Source: a virus (taxonomy: Duplodnaviria; Caudoviricetes). From it: a stretch of DNA of 34,353 bases. This document shows positions 1 to 7,366 of the stretch, in pieces (within the stretch, counting starts at the first letter, position 1; each line of letters opens with the position of its first letter). The stretch is from IMG/VR virus record IMGVR_UViG_3300005805_000253, positions 1 to 34,353 of that record; one strand, given 5' to 3'. Under the pieces are notes generated by a model that was given only the letters and a program-made list of their open reading frames with translations, did no database searches and was not told the DNA's origin. A program made the translations under genes and the position numbers.

Positions 1-302
1 AAGAAATGGAGCGTCTTCAAATGAAAGCGATGGAGCTTACTCTTTCTGGTCCTATGTCTGGCAGTAAGGAAGATCAACTTGAATATCTTCACACAGTCAG
101 AGCACTGGTTGAAAAACAACAGATCTTCTATATGCGTCTGAAACTTTCTGATGATCCTCGCGCTGTTGATATGTGCGAGCAGATTGAAGAAGGTGCTAAG
201 ATGTTATACGGATGGTGGGAAACTGAAAATGTTCAGACCCTCATGCGTAACATGCTAGACAAACTCGACCAGTTTGAAAAAGAAATAGAGGCAGAGGGTT
301 GA
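1..302 (+). CDS. Conserved cyanophage/cyanobacterial hypothetical protein (DUF1825-like), probably 5'-truncated by the window edge
   Basis: The motif 'LVEKQQIFYMRLKLSDDPRA' resembles DUF1825, and this is its usual position upstream of gp32 in cyanomyoviruses. The frame is open back to the window start; the ORF track starts it at 6. Confidence 0.7.
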   Translation, partial: EMERLQMKAMELTLSGPMSGSKEDQLEYLHTVRALVEKQQIFYMRLKLSDDPRAVDMCEQIEEGAKMLYGWWETENVQTLMRNMLDKLDQFEKEIEAEG

Positions 303-327
303 CACCGACCTCTGCCCGTGTTATTAT
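299..327 (+). promoter_or_regulatory. Sigma70-type early promoter for gp32
   Basis: TTGACA (299-304), a 17-bp spacer, then TATTAT (322-327) with an extended -10 TG at 319-320. Confidence 0.8.
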
Positions 328-382
328 GAATCCGTGATGAGGTGTCACGCAAACCGAATCCAAAACAATCCGAGGTAATCCT

Positions 383-1303
383 ATGTCTTTTGCTGATCTC
401 AAGCGCAAATCCCAAAACTCTTTCTCTACTCTGACTAAAGAATTGGAGAAAGCAAACTCTACTTCTAGTGGCGATGATCGTTTCTGGAAGCCCAGTGTTG
501 ACGCCGCTGGTAATGGATTTGCCGTGATCCGTTTCCTCCCTGCTCCTGATGGTGAGGAAATCCCATTCGTGAAACTCTATTCCCATGCCTTCCAAGGTGA
601 TGGTGGTTGGTATATCGAAAACTCTTTGACTACTCTGGGTGGTAAAGACCCTGTGGGTGAAGTGAATCGCCGCCTGTGGAATAGTGGTCGTGATGCTGAT
701 AAAGAAACTGCTCGTAAGCAGAAGCGTAAACTGACTTACTATGCCAACATCTATGTGGTGAGCGATAAAGCAAACCCTGAGAATGAAGGTAAAGTATTCC
801 TGTATAAGTTTGGCAAGAAGATCTTTGACAAGATCACTGCCGCCATGCAACCTGAGTTTGAAGATGAAACTCCCATCAATCCTTTCGATCTGTGGGAAGG
901 TGCTAACTTTAAACTGAAGATCACTAACGTTGCTGGTTATTGGAATTACGATAAGTCTGAGTTTGCTGCTCCTTCTGCACTCAACGCTGATGATTCTGTG
1001 CTGGAGAAAGTCTGGAAGCAGGCACATTCTCTCCAAGCATTTGTCTCTCCTGATAACTTCAAGTCTTATGAAGAGTTGGAAGAGCGTCTGAATATGGTGT
1101 TGGGTATCACCAAGACTCCTGCTGCTGCTCGTGCTGCTCAGGCAACCCGCGTGATGGATGAGGAAGAGGATGAAGAATTCTCTGCTCCTGCTCCTGCTGC
1201 TCGTCGTGAGCCTGCACTTCCTAAGGTTGCAGTCACTGCTGGTGTTGAAGATGATGAAGATGATGCTCTCAGTTACTTCGCTCGCCTCGCTGAGGAAGAC
1301 TGA
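383..1303 (+). CDS. gp32: Single-stranded DNA-binding protein (T4 gp32 homolog)
   Basis: Motifs MSFADLKRKS, DDRFWKP, GNGFAVIRFLPAP, GKVFLYKFGKKIFDKI, GANFKLKI and NYDKSEF, plus an acidic C-terminal tail. GAGG RBS at 372-375. Confidence 0.98.
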   Translation: MSFADLKRKSQNSFSTLTKELEKANSTSSGDDRFWKPSVDAAGNGFAVIRFLPAPDGEEIPFVKLYSHAFQGDGGWYIENSLTTLGGKDPVGEVNRRLWNSGRDADKETARKQKRKLTYYANIYVVSDKANPENEGKVFLYKFGKKIFDKITAAMQPEFEDETPINPFDLWEGANFKLKITNVAGYWNYDKSEFAAPSALNADDSVLEKVWKQAHSLQAFVSPDNFKSYEELEERLNMVLGITKTPAAARAAQATRVMDEEEDEEFSAPAPAARREPALPKVAVTAGVEDDEDDALSYFARLAEED

Positions 1304-1329
1304 AATCAAAATCCATAGTTAAAAACCTT

Positions 1330-1361
1330 TTGGGCGGGAAAAAAATCCGCCCAATTTTTTT
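1330..1361 (+). terminator. Rho-independent terminator between the convergent gp32 and gp53 genes
   Basis: Stem TTGGGCGG (1330-1337) / CCGCCCAA (1347-1354) with an A7 loop, followed by T7. Confidence 0.9.
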
Positions 1362-1371
1362 GTCTAAAAAG

Positions 1372-2022
1372 TTAGATGCCAGATTTTTTGGTTTTGGAAT
1401 CTATGTATGCTGAAGACTCTGCATATTGTATACCAGATTCATATTGATCAATAAATTCTTGTACAAACTCTGGTTTTAATATAAAAATCTTTCTTTTCTC
1501 GTTGTTTAATCTGACTTCATATTCATAGTTGCTGATAGAATATGATACAGAGTTGCCAGGGACAGTAACTACACTTCCATTGTCATAGTATTTGAATGGT
1601 GTGTTGAAAAAACTTTCTTCTACAACTAAGTCACCTTTTAAAACTACCTGCCCAGAGCTATTCTTTTTTTCTATAGTTTCGTAGTGATGAGTATCATCTG
1701 GATTCTCATACTTAGATGCAACGATATCATATAATATATTTTCTCTTACTGGCATATCAAAGTAAGAGTTTATAATATTATTGGTGATCAAGATTACCCA
1801 ATCAAATTCAGAGTCTCCATAGAATTTGAAAGAAAGGTAATCAATACGATCTTCATCACCCATTACATATTCATCAAACAAATTCTGAAAGTTGAAAGAA
1901 CTTTCGGAAAGTTTGTAGCGTCTGAAAAAATTCTTTGCTAAAACATATTGCCTTTCCGAATACGGATAGGTCAATGGTTTCTGATCGTATTCTATATTTG
2001 GTAAGCGGTTAAAGAATGCCAT
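1372..2022 (-). CDS. gp53: Baseplate wedge subunit (T4 gp53 homolog)
   Basis: Motifs MAFFNRLPNIEY, 'DRIDYLSFKFYGDSEFDWVILITNNI', HHYET and 'SNYEYEVRLNNEKRKIFILKP'. Synteny next to gp32 agrees. Confidence 0.92.
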   Translation of the reverse strand: MAFFNRLPNIEYDQKPLTYPYSERQYVLAKNFFRRYKLSESSFNFQNLFDEYVMGDEDRIDYLSFKFYGDSEFDWVILITNNIINSYFDMPVRENILYDIVASKYENPDDTHHYETIEKKNSSGQVVLKGDLVVEESFFNTPFKYYDNGSVVTVPGNSVSYSISNYEYEVRLNNEKRKIFILKPEFVQEFIDQYESGIQYAESSAYIDSKTKKSGI

Positions 2023-2025
2023 GGT

Positions 2026-2910
2026 TTATCTCGCAATTTCTCCTAGATCATCTCGGAATACGAGTTTCGTTTCTGTTAAAGATATAGATAAATTTATGCC
2101 TAAAGGTTCTCCATCTTTATATGAAATATAATTTCCGTCAGTAATATAGCTCGCACTTACAGATTGTATTCCAGATACCCTATATTTTGGAAGATATTCG
2201 TTTTCTGTTCCATCACTTTTTAAAAATGTAACTCTAATTAAATCTGGAACTCCTATGAAGTTTCTATCTTGAAGTCCAAAAATTCCCGTAGTTTTTGGTG
2301 GCAAAGATGCTTTATGTAAAATTTTTACTATGTCTGGTATTATTGTTTTTGCTTCTTTTTCTGATTGTGCAATTAATTTAAAAGAATATGCATGAGGTCT
2401 CAAGTTTGGACCGCCATACAATAATTCTGTGTTTGGATTTAAAATTTTACCTTGTGTTAATGTTAAAATATCATTTGTTGTTAAATTTGATCCCATGCCA
2501 GGCAGTTGAGAAAATTGATCTCCCAAATATTGAACTCCATCAGCGCCAACTGCAGAAGCTACACTGATATATGATCCCCCGCTTTTAATTTTGTTTAATA
2601 AACTAGTAACTGCTCCTTTAACATCTCCAGTCAATACTGAGGAAGCGGGGCCAGCTACTATACCCAAAGCAGCTTGGGCTAATGCCGTAGTGTTTTTATT
2701 TCCCCAATTTCCAGTAAAAGTACTATTGATATCATTAGGCATTGGTAGAAATATACTGCTCTCAACCCTAAATTTTTCATCAAAAGCTTTTGTAGATCCC
2801 TCGTAGCTAGTGCTAGCGGCCGCTTGTGAAGCAGCTGCTCCTGGATATGGACCTATATCTAATTTTATACAATCTTCGTTTAGATTATCTGGAAATCTTA
2901 TTACTGACAT
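2026..2910 (-). CDS. gp48: Baseplate tail-tube cap (T4 gp48 homolog)
   Basis: Motifs 'IFLPMP', 'NPNTELLYGGPNLRPHAYSFKLIAQSEKEA' and 'LSISLTETKLV'. It lies between gp2 and gp53, and its start overlaps the gp2 stop at 2910. Confidence 0.88.
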   Translation of the reverse strand: MSVIRFPDNLNEDCIKLDIGPYPGAAASQAAASTSYEGSTKAFDEKFRVESSIFLPMPNDINSTFTGNWGNKNTTALAQAALGIVAGPASSVLTGDVKGAVTSLLNKIKSGGSYISVASAVGADGVQYLGDQFSQLPGMGSNLTTNDILTLTQGKILNPNTELLYGGPNLRPHAYSFKLIAQSEKEAKTIIPDIVKILHKASLPPKTTGIFGLQDRNFIGVPDLIRVTFLKSDGTENEYLPKYRVSGIQSVSASYITDGNYISYKDGEPLGINLSISLTETKLVFRDDLGEIAR

Positions 2911-3590
2911 TAGTTTCTTACTACCTCGATGTCTTCTGGTCTACCATAACCTCTGATGATTCTTTTTGCTTTGATGCGATCAGTATAATTTTTGTTTGTT
3001 TCTTTCCATACATCAGTTGATTTGTATGGAATTAATACGCCGCTTCTTTCTCTAACAAAATGCTCAACTGGTAATGCAATAGCAGTATTCCATTCATCAA
3101 TGGCAAGATCTAATAGGAATCCATCTACATGGTCTAGAATATATTTATGGAAGCAAGAGCGAGGTAAGTCAATTCGATCTTCTTTTAATTTTTCTATCGC
3201 AATCAATCTTTTTCTTGGTTCCATGTAATGTAGATTCGCGCCAAAGAAATGATCTGTATTTGCCTTGATGACATACACAAGAGGAAAAGTATCATAGTAT
3301 GGTAGGTATTTCATACTTGCTTTGTATTCAAAAAGGAATAGTCTACCTACTCTTGCATACCTTCTCAACATATTTTCATCACGCAACTCTTTATCATCAG
3401 CGCGATCTCTTCTTTCGTCTCTTATTGTTTTATCTGGTTGTTGCTTATACTCTAGAGCCATGGTGCGAACAGTCTTTCTATACCACTGCCAAGTCTGTTC
3501 TTCGTTGCCTGCTTTTTCTTTAACTCTTTCAAACAAAGTATTATAACCTTGTCTCTTTTCTTTCTCTTCTTTTTTGAATCCTTTTGCCAT
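2910..3590 (-). CDS. gp2: DNA end protector protein (T4 gp2 homolog)
   Basis: Motif 'GRLFLFEYKA...LPYYDTFPLV...FFGANLHY...R...CFHKY' is characteristic of gp2. Confidence 0.92.
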   Translation of the reverse strand: MAKGFKKEEKEKRQGYNTLFERVKEKAGNEEQTWQWYRKTVRTMALEYKQQPDKTIRDERRDRADDKELRDENMLRRYARVGRLFLFEYKASMKYLPYYDTFPLVYVIKANTDHFFGANLHYMEPRKRLIAIEKLKEDRIDLPRSCFHKYILDHVDGFLLDLAIDEWNTAIALPVEHFVRERSGVLIPYKSTDVWKETNKNYTDRIKAKRIIRGYGRPEDIEVVRN

Positions 3591-3593
3591 CTG

Positions 3594-4028
3594 TTATATC
3601 CCCAAGTGATCTTCGGTGAGAATAAGAAATTGCATCTGTCTATCCTCACACCAGTCACTTGCGGCTTCCCATTTCGCTTGGTTTTTTAGAAACGTTAAGA
3701 CTTTATCTTTGTAAAGTTTTGTCTGTTTCTTTGCTGGAGGTGGAGGAGTTGTTTGATTCTTTGGTTTAATTTCAATGAGATACTTTTTGATTTCATTTGT
3801 TTTTGTACGAATTTTAATATAGAAGTCTACATAATACCTATGCACCCTACCATCAATCGGTGATTTGTAAGGTATCACAACTTCTTCACTGCCCCATTCA
3901 ATCACACTAGAATTTCTATCACAGAATACCATGAACTTTCTTTCCCAGAGAGAGCGATAAACGATATTCATCGGATTGCCTCTGTATTTTTTGGGATTTA
4001 TTGGGCGATAAAATCCCGAGTATGCCAT
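3594..4028 (-). CDS. gp4: Head completion protein (T4 gp4 homolog, TnsA-like nuclease fold)
   Basis: Motifs 'MAYSGFYRPINPKKYRG', 'YRSLWER', 'WGSEE', 'HRYYVDF', 'IEIKP' and 'NQAKWEAA'. Confidence 0.96.
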   Translation of the reverse strand: MAYSGFYRPINPKKYRGNPMNIVYRSLWERKFMVFCDRNSSVIEWGSEEVVIPYKSPIDGRVHRYYVDFYIKIRTKTNEIKKYLIEIKPKNQTTPPPPAKKQTKLYKDKVLTFLKNQAKWEAASDWCEDRQMQFLILTEDHLGI

Positions 4029-4031
4029 AAA

Positions 4032-4039
4032 TATAAATA
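4032..4039 (+). promoter_or_regulatory. T4-type late promoter for the rightward tail genes
   Basis: Exact TATAAATA, 23 nt upstream of the ATG at 4063. Confidence 0.85.
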
Positions 4040-4052
4040 TACTTTCTCCAAC

Positions 4053-4060
4053 TATTTATC
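4053..4060 (-). promoter_or_regulatory. Late promoter for the leftward gp4-gp2-gp48-gp53 operon
   Basis: The plus strand reads TATTTATC, which is GATAAATA on the minus strand (NATAAATA consensus), 24 nt upstream of the gp4 start. Confidence 0.7.
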
Positions 4061-4062
4061 CA

Positions 4063-4668
4063 ATGTCGATAAGCAATTTACTGGCAGCAATAAATCAGGG
4101 AGATGGTCTGGCAAAGAGTAATCTTTTTACTGTTTGGTTTGAAGGTCTTGTGATACCAAAATTTGAGGGTGCAGATACTAAATCTTCCGATCCTAGTAAA
4201 GGACCAGGGGGGAGAGTTTTATTCTTATGTGATGAAGCTTCTTTACCTGGAGCACAATCTAATACTGGTAGCACAATTAGATACGCTGGTGCTGCACCTA
4301 GATATTATCCAACGAATCCAATTTATACTGACACACAATTATCTTTTATTTGTGATGCTAAAATGACACAGTTAAAATTTTTAAATGCTTGGAGAGAATT
4401 AATTTATATTAAAGATGATAATGGTTTAGAAGTAGGTAATAGATTGAGATATCCTAATGAATATCAATGCACTATGAAGGTGGAAAAAAATGAAAGATCT
4501 GCTTCATCTGATGTTGGAAAATCTAGCATAACGTATAGTCTTTATAATGCTTGGCCTTATGCCGTGGATTCCACTCCATTGTCGTATGGATCTTCCCAGC
4601 TAGTCAAAGTTACTGCTAACTTTTATTATTCACATTGGACAACCACAGAAGGAAATATAAAGATCTAA
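4063..4668 (+). CDS. gp54: Tail tube initiator / tail-tube-family protein (gp54/gp19-like)
   Basis: Pattern 'GLAKSNLF', 'CDEASLPG', 'YPNEY', 'LYNAWP' and 'VTANFYYSHW' matches T4 tail-tube-family proteins. It is divergent from gp4. Confidence 0.75.
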   Translation: MSISNLLAAINQGDGLAKSNLFTVWFEGLVIPKFEGADTKSSDPSKGPGGRVLFLCDEASLPGAQSNTGSTIRYAGAAPRYYPTNPIYTDTQLSFICDAKMTQLKFLNAWRELIYIKDDNGLEVGNRLRYPNEYQCTMKVEKNERSASSDVGKSSITYSLYNAWPYAVDSTPLSYGSSQLVKVTANFYYSHWTTTEGNIKI

Positions 4669-4671
4669 ATA
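4665..4671 (+). promoter_or_regulatory. Possible late promoter (CTAAATA variant) upstream of gp26
   Basis: CTAAATA overlaps the stop of the upstream gene, followed by a GGAG RBS before the ATG at 4705. Confidence 0.45.
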
Positions 4672-4704
4672 TCAATACAGCATATCATTTTCTTTGGAGT
4701 AATC

Positions 4705-5421
4705 ATGTCTTTACCAAAACCCCCAGTGCCTACCTATGAGTTGGAATTACCATCCACAGGCAAGACTATTAAATACAGACCATTTTTAGTTAGTGAGGAG
4801 AAAGTGCTCCTCATGGCAATGGAATCTGAAGATGAAAAACAAATCACAAATGCAGTGAAAGATATTATTAAATCTTGTGTGCAAACCAGAGGTATTAAGA
4901 TTGATGATCTGGCATCTTTTGACATCGAATATCTTTTTCTAAACATTCGTGGTAAGTCTGTGGGTGAAGAAGTTGAAATGAAGATCACTTGCACTGATGA
5001 TAATGAAACTCAGATGGATTATGTATTGAATATTTCTGAGGTTGAGGTACAAAAAGATCCAAAGCATAGCAGCAAGATTATGTTGGATGATACTTCTGGA
5101 TTGGTTATGAAGTATCCTGGAATGGATCAATTTATTCAGACACAAATTATGTTGAAGTCTCTGAATGCCGAAGAAGTATTTGATATTATTGTGGATTCTG
5201 TATATCAAATTTTTTCAGGTGAAGATGTATATGAAGCCAAGACTACTCCCAAAAAAGAAATCGAAGACTGGATTGGTGGTTTGACATCAAAGCAATTTGA
5301 AAAGATAAAAGATTTCTTTGCTACCATGCCCAAACTTTCTCATACATTCAAGCTTAAGAATCCAAATACTGGAGTTGAATCTGAATACACCATTGAGGGT
5401 CTTGTAAATTTTTTCGGGTGA
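4705..5421 (+). CDS. gp26: Baseplate hub assembly protein (T4 gp26 family); candidate tail-assembly chaperone 'G' equivalent
   Basis: Motifs 'PTYELELPSTGKTIKYRPFLVSEEKVLLMA', 'FDIEYLFLNIRGKSVGE', 'MKYP', 'FFATMPKL' and 'EGLVNFF'. Confidence 0.92.
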   Translation: MSLPKPPVPTYELELPSTGKTIKYRPFLVSEEKVLLMAMESEDEKQITNAVKDIIKSCVQTRGIKIDDLASFDIEYLFLNIRGKSVGEEVEMKITCTDDNETQMDYVLNISEVEVQKDPKHSSKIMLDDTSGLVMKYPGMDQFIQTQIMLKSLNAEEVFDIIVDSVYQIFSGEDVYEAKTTPKKEIEDWIGGLTSKQFEKIKDFFATMPKLSHTFKLKNPNTGVESEYTIEGLVNFFG

Positions 5422-5423
5422 GC

Positions 5424-5588
5424 ATGTTGCATGAGAATTTGGCTAATTTTTATCAGTCAAATTTTAATCTCATGTATATTCACAAATTTTCTTTGACGGA
5501 ATTGGAAAACATGCTCCCATGGGAAAGGATTGTTTACGTTACTATGCTTAACAACTACATCGAAGAGCAAAACAGTAAGCAAAAATGA
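5424..5588 (+). CDS. gp51: Baseplate hub assembly catalyst as annotated in cyanophages (gp51-like), 54 aa; absent from the ORF track
   Basis: My translation is MLHENLANFYQSNFNLMYIHKFSLTELENMLPWERIVYVTMLNNYIEEQNSKQK*, containing the 'NF.LM..HK.SL.E.ENM.PWER..YV' signature. Its stop overlaps the next ATG (ATGA at 5585-5588). Confidence 0.88.
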   Translation: MLHENLANFYQSNFNLMYIHKFSLTELENMLPWERIVYVTMLNNYIEEQNSKQK

Positions 5589-7366
5589 TAGAAGAAGATT
5601 CTCAAGAAGTATTAGAAGACATAGGGCAGTTGATTGCTCCATCCAGAATGCCATCAAATGTATCTCAGGCGATGGAAAAATATGGTAAGTCTTTTGATGC
5701 TATTGGGAATCAAATTTCTAAACAGAATGCTATTCTTGTAAGAAGTTTAAGTCAGTTAAGAAGAATAGAGGAAGACTTAGGAGATGCTAAGTTTTTCCTT
5801 GAGCAAATGAGCGAAAATTATCAAGAAGCTCTTGATGATTTTGAAATGGAAGAGAGAAAGAAAGAAGCGAGAAAGAAGTTTGTTGCTAGATTAACTTCAC
5901 CATTTAAAAGAAAGAAACCAGAAGCTCCATCCACAACTCCACAGAAACCAGCACCAAAGAAAGAAGGTAATTGGTTGGATGGGATCACATCTTTCTTCAG
6001 TAAAGGAAATAAACCACAACCACCACAGAAGTTGGCGAGTGGTGGTGTTTCTCCAAAGGGTACTGGAGATGGAAATATAATTCAACCAGGGATCTATACA
6101 AATCCTGTGCGTGGTAATCTAGCACCAGGCACAGCGGTTATTCCATTGAATAGAAATTGGGGTAAAGATATATTTGGATCGTATGAATTGATAAACCAAC
6201 AGCAATCACTTGGGGAAGTGATGTATAAAGCAGCGAGTGCTTTACTTGGATCTGGAGTTGCTGTTTATGGATCTGCTCTTCGTATGCTTGGTCCGTTAGC
6301 AGGATTTTTTAATCAAAATATACCAGGAATAATTAATACGGTTGCTGGTATTCTTGACATATCTCGCAGTGCTGTGATTGATATGTTTGGTGGACCTGCA
6401 TATGCTGGTGTTGCTCCCAACGAAAGAGAAGAGAGATATTTTCATAGGTCTTGGCGAATCTATATGGATAAAAATGGCCTTTACTTTGGAGGCCCTGGTG
6501 GTGACAAAAGAAAAAAACCAGTTGAAATTGCTGCAGATATTTTAACTATTGGTGCCGATGGTGAAGGTCTCCGTTTGATGGGTGGTACCAATGTAACTAA
6601 ACCACCAGCATGGATTCCATTTTCAAAATCAGATGCTGGCAAGTTGGGGTATGTTTCTGGATTTGGAATAAGAGGAAACAGACAACACAGTGGTATAGAT
6701 TTGGATGGAGAGCCAGGAATAAAAATTATAACACCTTTTGCTGGTGAAGTTTACCGAGTTAATAGAGGAGCTGTTGAAGGAGATCGTGATGCTGGTGGTG
6801 GATATGGTAATTTAGTTGGCATTAAACATACTAATCCAAAAGTTTTTACATTCTATGGTCACTTGAAAGATGTTGCTGATAGTATTCAGGTAGGACAACA
6901 GGTGTCTGCTGGTCAAGTTATAGGTACTTTAGGTAATACTGGTTACTCTACGGGACCACACTTACACTGGGAAATTAGAACAGAAGAGAATGGTGGTCAG
7001 GTAGATCCAGTAGAGTGGACACACCAAAACAAACCAAGTTTTGCGAGGGGAGGAATGATTCCACAGATTCCTACCCCACTAGAGATATCTCCACCTCAAC
7101 CATCTTTTATTCACACAACTTTGGTGAATATGGCACAGGAAATAGTAGAAGAATCTCAAAATTCTCCACGAATTGATTCGGCACAATCAAAAACTTCTGC
7201 AACTTCTTCTATTGCCAAACCAGTTGTGAAGGAGGTAACATTGACTATGCCTTCTCAACCATCTATGCCTTCTATGACATCTTCTTCTAGCACAAATAGT
7301 TTTGTTAAAGTTAGAATACCGACTAGAGATATAACAAGAGATACTAATATGGCGAGGATGAGATGA
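5585..7366 (+). CDS. Tape-measure-like tail protein with an M23 metallopeptidase domain
   Basis: Helical, coiled-coil-like N-terminus. M23 motifs HSGID (from 6686), GGYGNLV, YGHL and GNTGYSTGPHLHWE. LASGG and FARGG motifs are also present. Confidence 0.8.
   Translation: MIEEDSQEVLEDIGQLIAPSRMPSNVSQAMEKYGKSFDAIGNQISKQNAILVRSLSQLRRIEEDLGDAKFFLEQMSENYQEALDDFEMEERKKEARKKFVARLTSPFKRKKPEAPSTTPQKPAPKKEGNWLDGITSFFSKGNKPQPPQKLASGGVSPKGTGDGNIIQPGIYTNPVRGNLAPGTAVIPLNRNWGKDIFGSYELINQQQSLGEVMYKAASALLGSGVAVYGSALRMLGPLAGFFNQNIPGIINTVAGILDISRSAVIDMFGGPAYAGVAPNEREERYFHRSWRIYMDKNGLYFGGPGGDKRKKPVEIAADILTIGADGEGLRLMGGTNVTKPPAWIPFSKSDAGKLGYVSGFGIRGNRQHSGIDLDGEPGIKIITPFAGEVYRVNRGAVEGDRDAGGGYGNLVGIKHTNPKVFTFYGHLKDVADSIQVGQQVSAGQVIGTLGNTGYSTGPHLHWEIRTEENGGQVDPVEWTHQNKPSFARGGMIPQIPTPLEISPPQPSFIHTTLVNMAQEIVEESQNSPRIDSAQSKTSATSSIAKPVVKEVTLTMPSQPSMPSMTSSSSTNSFVKVRIPTRDITRDTNMARMR

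Noticed and set aside
233-1309. 358-aa ORF antisense to gp32
   Set aside because: Most likely a shadow ORF. gp32's codon bias avoids TTA, CTA and TCA, which removes stops on the opposite strand. The translation has no recognisable motifs.
2591-3546. Short plus-strand ORFs overlapping gp48 and gp2
   Set aside because: They are antisense to well-supported genes and have no motifs.
3594-4028. TnsA-like nuclease suggesting a Tn7 transposon
   Set aside because: Sequence and synteny identify it as T4 gp4. There are no other transposition genes or terminal repeats.
5457-5657. 66-aa minus-strand ORF in the gap after gp26
   Set aside because: The gap is explained by the plus-strand gp51-like gene at 5424-5588.
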